Origin: Takakia lepidozioides
Lineage: Eukaryota > Plantae > Bryophyta
NCBI GenBank assembly: GCA_030704615.1
Contig: CM060733.1
Location: 59,706,001 to 59,770,000, forward strand
Direction: 5' to 3'
Length of the DNA: 64,000 bases
Shown here one piece after another: positions 24,423 through 34,878 of the stretch (position 1 is its first letter; every line of letters starts with the position of its first letter). The notes under the pieces are model-generated. The model did not search any database, was not told the DNA's origin, and saw nothing but the letters and a program-made list of their open reading frames with translations. The position numbers were made by a program, and so were the translations under genes.

Positions 24423-25259
24423 TGATAAAGAAGAAGAATACAAGCACAAGCTCATGCGAGCTCACAAGCTGAAGCATAAATTCATGCATATATAACCTCA
24501 TCACTCAAATACAAGTCAAGCCAAGTGCACCCCACGCCATGGGGAATCCACACTACGGCGCCATAGCTAGGCGCGGTGAGGCTCAACTCGAGAAAGATGA
24601 GCCTCCCGCACTTGCCGTGAAGATAACCACTCCAGGGCCTAAATGTCTTGACCCCTGGATTGACACTTGGGCCAATCCCAAATGTCAATATGTAAAAGCT
24701 AGCTATTTCCTAGCTAGTTTCACACTAGTGGAAAATAACTTGACAGCTCGTGCGCATACATATCGCTACACAACTGCATCGCTGTCCAAAACCACACAAC
24801 ACATGTGCACACCACACACTAGTATACCACTAGTCCACCACTAGTCCAACCACTAGTCAACCACTAGGCTACAACTAGTCAGTCACTAGGCTGCACAATG
24901 CTGCCCACTATGGCAGTCACTAGTCCACACAATGATAAAGAAGAAGAATACAAGCACAAGCTCATGCGAGCTCACAAAGCTGAAGCATAAATTCATGCAT
25001 ATATAACCTCATCACTCAAATACAAGTCAAGCCAAGTGCACCCCACGCCATGGGGAATCCACACTACGGCGCCATAGCTAGGCGCGGTGAGGCTCAACTC
25101 GAGAAAGATGAGCCTCCCGCAGTTGCCGTGAAGATAACCACTCCAGGGCCTAAATCTGCCTTGACCCCTGGATTGACACTTGGGCCAATCCCAAATGTCA
25201 ATATGTAAAAGCTAGCTATTTCCTAGCTAGTTTCACACTAGTGGTAAAATAACTTGACA
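24423..25259 (-). repeat. B-A-B terminal repeat block at the 5' end of the DNMT-Gypsy element
   Basis: B1 at 24423-24745, A at 24748-24931, B2 at 24933-25259. B1 and B2 are near-identical, and A matches 7251-7436. Confidence 0.92.
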
Positions 25260-27146
25260 GTGCCATCAAAGTTTTTCTTTTCAAAATGTCGACTGTTGGG
25301 GATGGCAGTGGGGTTAGCCTCGTGAAGCGGATGCAGAAGACTGGGGACTTGCAGAACTGTTTTCTTATGTTTGATCATGTGAAACAAGTGAAGGATTGGA
25401 CGATAATGGCTTGTCATGTCTACGATCACCAACGAGTTATGACAATTGCAGTTTGTGACATGCAATCCGAGGATACGGAATCCCAGAAGCTCATGTGGAA
25501 TTCCCTGATACGTGTCATGGGCTGCCATCTCCAAATTTTGCAGGTTTCATGGCGGATAGTGCTCAAGCAATTTCAATGCTGTTCGTATTGTCTTCGGATC
25601 GGGCGACCCAAAAGTGCCAATGCGAGGAAGAGAGCGTACATGTCTATTCCATTGGACACAATCTCTGGAAAAACATACAAAGTCGGACATCAAACCAGAG
25701 ATGCACACTCAGCACCGTAAATTGTGCAAAGAGTACAAAGATGCTAGAACAATGAAAGAGGCGGACACTTTGTTCCAGACAATTCGTGCCTGGGGTTTCT
25801 TTCTGGAGCTGCATCACTTGAGAGTATGAGAGCATTGGAGATTGGCTGGCGTTTTGGCACTTCCGGTATAGACAGTGGGGAGCAGCCATGCCAGTGGTAC
25901 GAGGCTTATGTTTCTTGCTTTATTCATACATTTACTTTCCATTTTATTGTGTCCTCGCTTTCTTTATGTTGTTTTCTGTTCACAGTTTGAAGTGTGGTTC
26001 TCCACTTTGCAGAACATGTCCATTGAGGAAATGGCGGACATGTCATCTTGCAATTTGGCAGAAACTGTGCACAATGCATGGTTGCAGCAGTCTGGGAAAC
26101 GAGGTCGGAATTTGTATGTGGCAACAACAGATGATTTGATACGTGCCTTGCAACAACAAACCCGATACCGTGATTTCTTACGAGGTGGGGTTGGTGACAA
26201 GGGTCCGGACAAATGGGAGTTGATGTTGCGTGCTGCAAACAGATCTGGGGATCCAATCAAGATAGCACGGGTGGTGAGCATGTATGCCCAGGGAACGCCA
26301 CTTGTTTCTAGAGTTCCACATCTTGAAGGGAGGAGAGATTCGGCTCCTGTAAGAGGAAATTGAACACTCCACCTGGTTCGGATTCCGATTCGCACAGGGC
26401 AGACCGTGATAACTTCTCGAAGCCTTGTGTTCCCCTGCATGACATCTCCATGTCCGGAACCTCCATTGTGGAGGAACCTCCAACACGACGGCAAGCTCCA
26501 GCATCAAACAGTGCCACTGAAATGGTGCAGGAGAGAAACAACCCCCTTGATGTGCTTGAGTCCGCATGCCCCGACCACGTTTGGCACATAGAACGCACAA
26601 GTGTAGGGTCTCGTGTGAAATGTACAGCGATTAGGGCAACTAATTTCGAGAAGTGCACTTGACCTATATCCAGAGGTGGAAACTCCTGCTCCGACTTTCA
26701 CGGGTTTGATGCGTCCATACGGTCAACCAGAAGCCAAGAACCACAAGTTCTGGTTCTGCGCAGATAATTGTGCCAGATGTGTGCATGGAACTGTGCGTCC
26801 TTCCGTAGTGATGAAGCCATCTCCTCCAACCGTTTGGCCCGTGAAGGTGGGAACACATCTCAGATTTCAGGAGATTGAAATGCTGGAGGAGGCAAGCTTT
26901 TCCCTTGCGAGACAACCCCAACTCCATGCATGTGCTACTACTTCTGCGTCCTCTTGGGTCCCCCTGGCAAATCCTGACTTGTGGCCAACCAAACGAGATA
27001 GAAAGCTCGTTCGGCGTTTCCCTCCAACCGCTGAACACTTTGGCAAAGTGGAGTCCGCAAGAATGCTCCAAACTCGTGTTGGAAGCACCACGGAAGTACC
27101 CGATCCCGGATATGGTCGGGTATTCATAATCATCACTTCCACATCT

Positions 27147-27872
27147 TGTCGCGGCCCCTTGCCTTGAGGGCAGGGGGTCGGGACACAAGAGGGGCTGCCC
27201 CTGTGGTGGGGTAGTGGCCTGCGATAGGTATGGGGGGGCTGAAGCACCCTTGAGTGCCCAAAGCACTCAAGGAGGCGGAGGCGCTCACTAGGTGGAGCCC
27301 CGCACCGGGTTGCGGTGGGGGTGGCTCCACAATGGGTGGTGGTAGCTTAGCGGGACTTAGTGGGGGTGGCATAGGACTCACCCTGGGGCGGAGACCTTGT
27401 GGTGGGAGTAATGGGGAGTCTTGGGACTCATCACGGTCCATAGGGGGCCGTAGTGGGTGGGCCAAGACTCACCGCGACTAATCACCGGGAGTCGAGGGTG
27501 TTCGTGGTGGTTCGCCATAAAATGACATGGTTGTTTGTGAAACCCCTGCGGACAGCTACAGAAGTATATATAGGGAGTAGTAACCCCGAGAACGGTGCAA
27601 GCCCATTGGTGTCCAAAAACTAGTGAGTAGCGAGCGAGCCGGAAAGCGACCAAAGAGTGGGGAGCTGTTCCGGACTGCCAACTACCAAAGGGAATTCCGC
27701 TGGTTCCAAATCGTTGGAGGTTCTTTGGGAGATCAAAGGGGGACCGTTATGCCCCCGGTGAGCAGCCGAAGCTCCAAGTTGGCCCGCGGCGGCCAGGTTG
27801 GGAGTTAGGCGCGCGCATCAAGCGAGTAACTATGACTTGAGGGGAGAGCTTACCGAAGTGAGGTGCGCGACA
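27147..27872 (+). mobile_element. Solo LTR of the chromodomain-Gypsy family
   Basis: Ends TGTCGCGG...GCGCGACA. 5-bp TSD CATCT at 27142-27146 and 27873-27877. The transposase frame (IITSTS/AVHDRTY) rejoins across it. Confidence 0.95.
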
Positions 27873-29123
27873 CATCTGCTGTTCATGACAGGACCTACGA
27901 CATCACGGTTTCCAATTTCCCCAATTGCACATGTCCTGATTTTGTGAATATGCTATCAACCAGTTTGGGCAAGAGAGGTAAATTCATACCTTGCAAACAT
28001 TTGTATTTCATATTTTTGAAGATGATGGTTTGCGATCCCAAAAGTGACAACTTCATTCACCAGGCCACTATGAGTTTCAACGAGGTCGATACTCTATTGC
28101 AGCGGGATACAACACATGGGTAACATCAACTATGCAATGTGGTATGTGGACGACCATGATTTGAAATGTGTAATTCACATCAATTCGTCGGCGGTGCAAT
28201 GATATGGCCTCCAACTATACGGAGTGAGCTCTGAGTGGCAACTTTTAAAAACACATTTGTCATTGCACCGTTTGAAGTCTACATGTCTTGCTGTCGCTAT
28301 GCACTACAATCATCTTTTGAAGATGATCCTAACTCTCATTGTTATTTGAGGAGGGAGGAGGTCTTCCCGTGGCAGCCTCTGTGGCGCACACTTTGTGAGG
28401 ATATTTTCTCGTCCTCGTAATTGTAAAAGTGAAACAAACATTTGTAATTGCACAATGTTGGATGTTACAATTGTAGGCCTCATGGTAGTCTTGATTCTAT
28501 TTAGGCAAGATTCCCTGCATTAATTCCATGGTCATAGGACCATCCTCGGTTATAGGCGGCGCATGTTAATGCTGACGTGGCAGATGACGGACAGTGCCAC
28601 GTCATCATTTGCCACCACATCAGCATGCTGACATGACGTTCATGCCACGTCAGCGTGGGTGTAGGCTCATGCCACGTCACTCCTGCATGAGCGTACGCTC
28701 ACGCCATTGCGTCGTTGTGCCCAATGTGAGGGTGGCCTAAAGACAATATCTATTTTATGCTACAATGTCGGGGGGATTCTCATCAGGCTGAGCCTGAAAC
28801 ACTGACCCTCTCTGACCTTTTTTTTGTGAAAAATTGAACGTAGTTATCAGAATTCGTCGCTAGTAGTGCGGAGCAACGCGAAGCCCTAATATACAGATTT
28901 TTAGAATGGTTTATTATTCGATAATTGACACTGACTTGATGGTATAGAGCATAGATCTTGGGTGGTAAAGATTCTGGGATCAAACTTTGCACGCCCCAAA
29001 ATTTGTCCGTTTTTATAGAAATTAGGAAGAAGAAAAACATGAGTTCCATACAGAAAAACAATTTGAAATTAGTGGAACAAAGGTTTCAGGATTTTTTTTA
29101 TTTGGGTCGTTCATTTTTGGGAT

Positions 29124-30258
29124 TGGTAACGATAAACATCTCTTATGGAAAATACTTAACAACTAAGCGACTCTGAGCAGATAACCTCCCAACCTTAGAG
29201 ACCTCTCTCCCCTGCTTGTTAAAGAGTAAATGATCCCTCTTGGTGCTAAGATTGCCTTGCTTGGATTTCCACAGAATGTACCTAGTGCAGCAGACTCGTT
29301 TGTAATTCAGATGCAAGAGCAGCTAGCAAGTGCAAGGTCGCATATCCGTAAGGCCTCAGATCGGGCTAAGAGTTATGTGGATAAGAAACGCACGTTCAGG
29401 AAATTCAAGGTGGGGAACAAAGTATTCCTATTGATACCATCACCTTCACTTACCCTTGTGAAAGGGAAAGGTAAGAAGAAGGGTAAGAAGTTATCTCCTC
29501 GATATTGTGGACCTTGGCTGATTGTGAAGCATTAACGATGTGGCATGTAAGCTACAGTTTCCAGAGTCATGTAAGGTACATCCAGTGTTCATGTCAGTAA
29601 GCTCAAGAGATACTTACATGATGGGGATAATTTGGGTAGAATGAACTATACTTTTACAGGAAGGGTCAGAGAGTGACCAACACGGACCTTGGCGGATTTT
29701 GGACAAAAGATAACACCGATTGCGTAGTCGTCTCATCAATGAGTGTTTGGTTGCATGGCATGGGCTTTCTTTAACTGATGCTACTTGGAGTCTGAGCAAA
29801 CACTGAGATGGAAATACCCAGACTTTGTCATTGAGGACAATGACTAAGCTTCGAAGGGGTAGGGTAGAGAATGTCACAGCCTAGATTAGCAAAGGTCAGT
29901 TATGGGCTTAAGTAAGCCATAAATAGTAAAAGTATAAGAAAGGCTTTAAGCAAAGCTATATACAATAAAAGTATATGTATAGACTTAAGCAAAGTCAAGA
30001 TTGGCAAAAGTCTAAAAGAAGGCTAGAGCCAAGTAAAGCAAAAAGTAAGCTATAAGATCATGAAGGGATGTCAGGAATAGCTACAGCCTAGTCAGAGAGA
30101 GATGATCAGACGTGGTTACTCTGAGTCTGAGAGAGCAAGGCAATCTTAGCACCAAGAGGGATCATGTACTCTTTAGCAAACATGCAAGAGAGGTCTCAGG
30201 TTATCTTGCTCAGAGTCGCTTAGTTGTTAAGTACTTTCCATAAGATGTGATCGTTACA
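29124..30258 (+). mobile_element. Degenerate chromovirus 3' fragment (integrase tail, chromodomain, PPT, LTR) with an inverted LTR-end copy on its left
   Basis: FKVGNKVFL..KLSPRYCGPW, then decayed chromodomain ILDKR..CLVAWHG..DATW. PPT at 29853-29871. LTR TGTCAC..GTTACA at 29872-30258. 29124-29208 matches the reverse complement of ~30186-30258. Confidence 0.8.
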
Positions 30259-30562
30259 TTTCTTTAATTTAGGTCATATTTATTCGATTTTACAAAAATT
30301 AATGCTCGAAAATAAAAGTCTTTCATTTAGGCCATTCATTTAGGTCATATATATTCGGTTTTGCAGAAATTAATGGTCCAAAACAAAAGTCTTCCATTTT
30401 AGGTCTTTTTTATTGGGTCGTTCATTTTGGATCTTTCATTTAGGTCATATTTATTCGATTTTATACAAATTAATGGTCGAAAACAAAAGTCTTTCATTTT
30501 GGTCTTTCTTTTTTTAGGTCTTTCATTTAGGTCATTCATTTAGGTCATATTTATTCGGTTTT
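30259..30562. repeat. AT-rich tandem repeat (TTTAGGTCATATTTATTCG..AATTAATG..AAAAGTC units)
   Basis: The unit recurs about four times. A related half unit lies left of the 29124 insertion. Confidence 0.7.
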
Positions 30563-30682
30563 AAGAGTACCCTTGTGAGATCATACCACCATTTCATAGC
30601 CCTCCAGTACTCAACTTCTTTTACAAAGATACGATCAACATTTTCTTGCAAAGATTTCAGTTTTTTGCCTGATTTCAAGCAG

Positions 30683-31621
30683 AATATGAGCGATTAGTGC
30701 AGTAGTTTCGTAAGGGAGCTGCTACATATGCACTTTCAAAAAATATTGGAGCAACTTAGAGTGGTGACGTGCGCCTGGTCAAACTTCCTTGCACTATTTT
30801 TGCTCCTGTTCTGGATTATGACAAATGTGCCACTTTGCAGCGATTGCATAATGCCCACATAGCCCATAGAAGACACGACATAGCTACCCAGGTAATGACC
30901 TCTTTGTATTTTCAAAGTACTATCATCTTTACATTTATTTGCAAATACATTTTCTTCTCATCTCTAACACTTTTGTTGTTTTTTTGGTTTTCAGGTTACA
31001 AGGCTTTTCTACAATAAAAGCTGCCATTGACAGACTTCAGTTTTCAGTTATACAAATTTCAGTTTTCAGTTTTACAGACTTTAGTTTTCAGTTTTCAGTT
31101 TTTAGCAAGATTTTAAGCCAGTTAGACATCTCAGTTAATTTTTCAGCTACAATTTTTTTCTCTTTCAGTTTTACAGATTTTAGTTTTCAGTTTTGCAAAC
31201 TTTATTGATCCAAACATTAATAGTGAAAACTGAAAATTGAAATTTGTATAATTGAAAACTTAAGTCTGTAATAACTCATATCAATGGCAGCTTCCACAAT
31301 AATGAAAATCCTTGTAACCTGAAAACCAGAAAGGCAAAGATTGTTAGAGATGAGAAGAAAATGTATTTGCAAATAAATGTAAAGATGACAGTACTTTGAA
31401 AATACAAAGAGGTCATTACTTGGGCAGCTATACCGTGTCCTCCATGGGCTGTGTGGGCCTTATGCAATCGCAAAGCGACACATTTGTCATAATCCAGAAC
31501 ATGAGCAAAAATGCAAGGAAGTTTGTCCAGGCGCATGTCACCACTTTGAGTTGCTCCAATATTTTTGAAAAGTCCATATGTAGCAGCTCCTTACGAAACT
31601 GTTGCACTAATCGCTCATATT
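30683..31621. repeat. Large inverted repeat, arms ~390 bp
   Basis: 30683-~31072 is the diverged reverse complement of ~31226-31621. The ORF track shows mirrored peptides (MRLVKLPC.. and MRLDKLPC..). Confidence 0.88.
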
Positions 31622-32127
31622 ACTATTACCGACAACTAGCATGATGTGGTTGTGGCCCGGTTGTGGGTTCAACCCACGGTCTGGTGTGTTATGAAGGTGT
31701 CTACTTTTCAGCTGGAAGGTAGTAGCTCTTGTGGTGAAGAGATACCATAAGTTACATTCCCTTCGGGAGACGTCATACTCTCTCTTCACTCTCTTTACTA
31801 TTACCATTAATATGGATATAGATATAGACTTAATATTAGAGCCTCATAATTTGTAACGTGTACACAATTACCATTATATTGTCGGAGACTGTTTATTTGA
31901 TTCGGTTGCTTATTTGTTGTATGATGAAATATCATCCAAAGATCTATGTCGTCAAAACATGAAACATTTTCTACAAACTTTACAATCGCCTATTGATGAA
32001 ATGGCCGAAATGATTCAGATCCACTTTTCTTCGAAAGCCCTCCCTGAAGCCCTCTATGGTGTTCATACAATCGAAAAATTTGTTCAAAAAATGTCCAATA
32101 GTGTTGTTTGTGGAGGTTTGGAAGGTT

Positions 32128-32460
32128 TCAGCTTTACAGACCTCAGTTTTCAGTTTATAGCAAAATTTTCAACCATATAGACTTCAATTTCCAATTTTAC
32201 AGACCTCAGTTTTCAGTTTATGGCAAGATTTTCAGTCAGTCCTTCAGACATCTCAGTTAAATTTTTAGCTACCATTGATTTCAATTTTATAGACTTCAGT
32301 TCTCAATTTTATAGATTTCATTTCAGTTTTACAGACCTCAATTTTCAGTTTACAGCAAGATTTTCAGCCAGTCCTTCAGACATCTCAGTTAATTTCTTAA
32401 CTACCATTGATTTCAGTTTTACAGACTTTTAGTTTTCAGTTTTGCAAACTTCAGATTTTT
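32128..32460. repeat. TTTCAGTTT-rich tandem repeat related to 31035-31200
   Basis: Repeated ACAGACCTCAGTTTTCAGTTTA..CAAGATTTTCAG..CAGACATCTCAGTTAA units. Confidence 0.7.
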
Positions 32461-33321
32461 AATTTACACCTAACCAACAATGTATTTAGGAGTTATAGAG
32501 GCATACTGGACACATCACAAACATATATATATAGCTTTCAAACTACCAAACCATGTTGTTAAATATTCCCTTCAGTTCCATTATATTCATTTTCTTTCAT
32601 TTATCAGAAATGACTTCCACATTCAATTTTATCTTTTTTGCATTTTTTTCTTGCATTTAATTTATTATCATCAGGACTGCCAACACTACCGTTTCAGTTT
32701 TGTGATTAGGGTGGAGCCATTACGCGACTAGCCGATTGTTTATAATTATTGAAGGGAAAAAATTAAACCCTTACAAGCTTGGAGGCTGCCGCCCATGTGG
32801 CCTAGACACACGGGGATTGTGAAGGAGATACTTTAGAGCAGTAAACAGAGACAATAAACCCTGAACTATGTCCGAGGGCCGGCATTGAAGCTAGAGGAAC
32901 ACGAGCGCAAAGAAGACGATGTAAGCCTTCAAGAAGCAAATAACCCTAGAGCAAAGGAGGAGATCAAGCATTGCATAAAGAAAGGCTGAGGGTGGAGATG
33001 GCCCAACAAACTAATCTATCTATGGAAATGAAGCTTAGACCATATGACATGGTTGTGTGAAAGGTAAAAAATCTCTCGACATGTCATGTGAAAGGCATTT
33101 TCTCAAAGTTGCCTATCACAGTGAAAGTAAAAAACATAATTAATCTGTCACAAAAAAGGTCGGGCCACCTGTCAAAAAACAACGCTCCATCCCCTCCTTG
33201 GGAGGTGGGGACATACAGCAAGGCTGCGGGACTTCGACCCCCGGATCTCTGGCCTACGCCGTCAGGTTCTGTGAACGGACATCCAACCCAGTCTGGACGT
33301 CGTCCTTCAGGTGTACCGGCT

Positions 33322-33738
33322 TGACCTTTATGAGAGATGCGATTGTACGCAATCTGTTGATTTTTTAAGGCCTTAGATGTCAATATTGTCAGTGGCGTGG
33401 ATGTCCCAATTCTCTGAGCAGTAGTCATCTGCACGTGGCAGGAAAGCAGGTATGTTCATATGACCTTTATGAGAGATGCGATCATACGCAATCTGTTGAT
33501 TTTCAAGGCCTTAGATGTCAATATTTTCAACGGTGTGGATGTCCCAATTCTCTGAGCAGTAGTCATCTGCACGTGGCAGGAAAGCAGGTATGTTCATATG
33601 ACCTTTATGAGAGATGCGATCATACGCAATCTGTTGATTTTCAAGGCCTTAGATGTCAATATTTTCAACGGTGTGGATGTTCCAATTCTCTGGGCAGTAG
33701 GACATCTGCACGTGGCAGGAAAGCATGTATGTTCGTAT
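33322..33738. repeat. Three tandem copies of a ~138-bp unit
   Basis: TGACCTTTATGAGAGATGCGAT starts at 33322, 33461 and 33599. Confidence 0.92.
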
Positions 33739-34878
33739 GTTCTTGTCTTGTCGTCTTCTGGAGGGAGAGACGAGAGAGAGAGAGAGAGAGTGTGTGTGGA
33801 GGCAAAGGATTGGAGTGTGAAGGATTCTGGATTTGCTTGGAATCCATTGGAATGGAGATGGTGGTGGGGATGGGGCTGCGGTGGGGCCGGAGGAAGCAAG
33901 CTTTGTTTCTTGTTTCTTCCACACGAGCTGCCTAGTATTCTGCACAGGCTTGCTATTTCCTGGATAGACCGGGGAAAGTGATGGCGCAGAAGTAGGGAAG
34001 AATTAAGGGAGTGAGGGAAGGGTTGGCGGGTAGCGTGCACTCACGGATCTCCAGGTCCGAAGATTCGGGTGTGTGGGACCCCCCGCCGTCATCGTCTCAT
34101 TGAAGTCGGAGGGGCGGTCTGTCGTTGCTAGCTTTCCAATCGGGAGAGGCTCAAGGGTGGTTTGCTTTGCTCACACATGCTAGCCCGATGCATCAGGTGC
34201 GTTCGCATTTGTTCTGCTGCTGCGTAGCAGTATTCGGGGTTTTTGTGGATTTCCACCAGTGTTCTGTTGTTCTTGGGGAGCTCATTCCGGACACAGTTCG
34301 TGCTTGGTTGAGCCTGAAAACAGCGCAAGAGACTGCCCCCCCTGGATGGGCCCCATAGGAGCGCAGACGGCTGTAGGCTGAAGATTGCAAAGCGCTGTGC
34401 AGTAGTGCGACTTTTTTAGGATGGTGGTCAATCTCATGTGCTAGATTCTCTCTGTGGATTGCACTGTAGTATGCCCTTTCGTCTGCTGAGAATTCGGTTT
34501 CAATGTCCTATGGCAGCTATCCGATTCTGCAGTAGCAGCTACGCATCCGCTTTTGCTAACAAAGGTTGAACTTTTGCACCTGCGCTTGTGTTCTGCACGC
34601 TGCTACAAACTACCCCTTTCGACCATCTATAACGTGTTACTCAATGAAGGTTGAGCATTTCGCCTATTATCATATACGTTACACACCATAGTTTGCTTAT
34701 TGTCAGCGTGTACATACATATCACAATTGGTTGTGTTTTTGTTTTGTTGTGTGTCTGTCCGTCAGCATGTGCAGGCCTCCATATGTCTTCTGCTTGCAAC
34801 CCAAGGTGTGTTAATGTTCTGTACTGTTTTCAGGCAGAAGAGAAATACTTGGATCTCTTCCCATCCGGCTGGCAACAC

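Larger units (their letters stand above)
7249..25259 (-). mobile_element. Ty3/Gypsy retrotransposon encoding a C5 DNA methyltransferase and a PHD finger, with split terminal repeats
   Basis: Ends TGTC...GACA. 4-bp TSD GTGC at 7245-7248 and 25260-25263; removing the insert restores the transposase frame. PPT AGGGGGGCGA at 7438-7447 (minus). Domain order is PR-RT-RH-INT. Confidence 0.92.
5891..28123 (+). pseudogene. MULE-type DDE transposase with N-terminal Cys/His (WRKY/GCM-like) finger and C-terminal SWIM finger; split by two insertions
   Basis: N-terminal CNGHLRCDNLNC..CKFC..C..C..HNHP at 6630-6900. Junction DNVFPGQG/AIKVFLFKMS across 7248/25264. Core FDHVKQVKDWT..FMADSAQA..TCLFHW (CxxH)..SCNLAETVHNAW, with an intron at ~25897-26012. 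SWIM motif CTCPDF..PCKHLYF at 27925-28010. Confidence 0.85.
850..28737 (+). mobile_element. Mutator(MULE)-like DNA transposon carrying a divergent ParB-methyltransferase cargo gene, disrupted by nested LTR elements
   Basis: Transposase pieces at 5891-7248, 25264-27146 and 27878-28123 rejoin in frame across TSDs. Both ends are rich in (G)CCACGTCA motifs (860-980 and 28570-28700). The right end is tentatively GGTGGCC|TAA at 28737. The left boundary is approximate and no clear TIR pair was found. Confidence 0.65.

Noticed and set aside
7249-25259. DIRS/Ngaro classification because of split repeats and a methyltransferase
   Set aside because: No tyrosine recombinase was seen. The element has a protease, a DDE integrase, a PPT and a TSD, and its MTase is C5-type.
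30259-30562. Interstitial telomere
   Set aside because: TTTAGG occurs only as isolated words within a longer unit, not as tandem TTTAGGG.
33435-34040. ORFs of 127-166 aa
   Set aside because: They derive from the 138-bp tandem repeat and a GA microsatellite.
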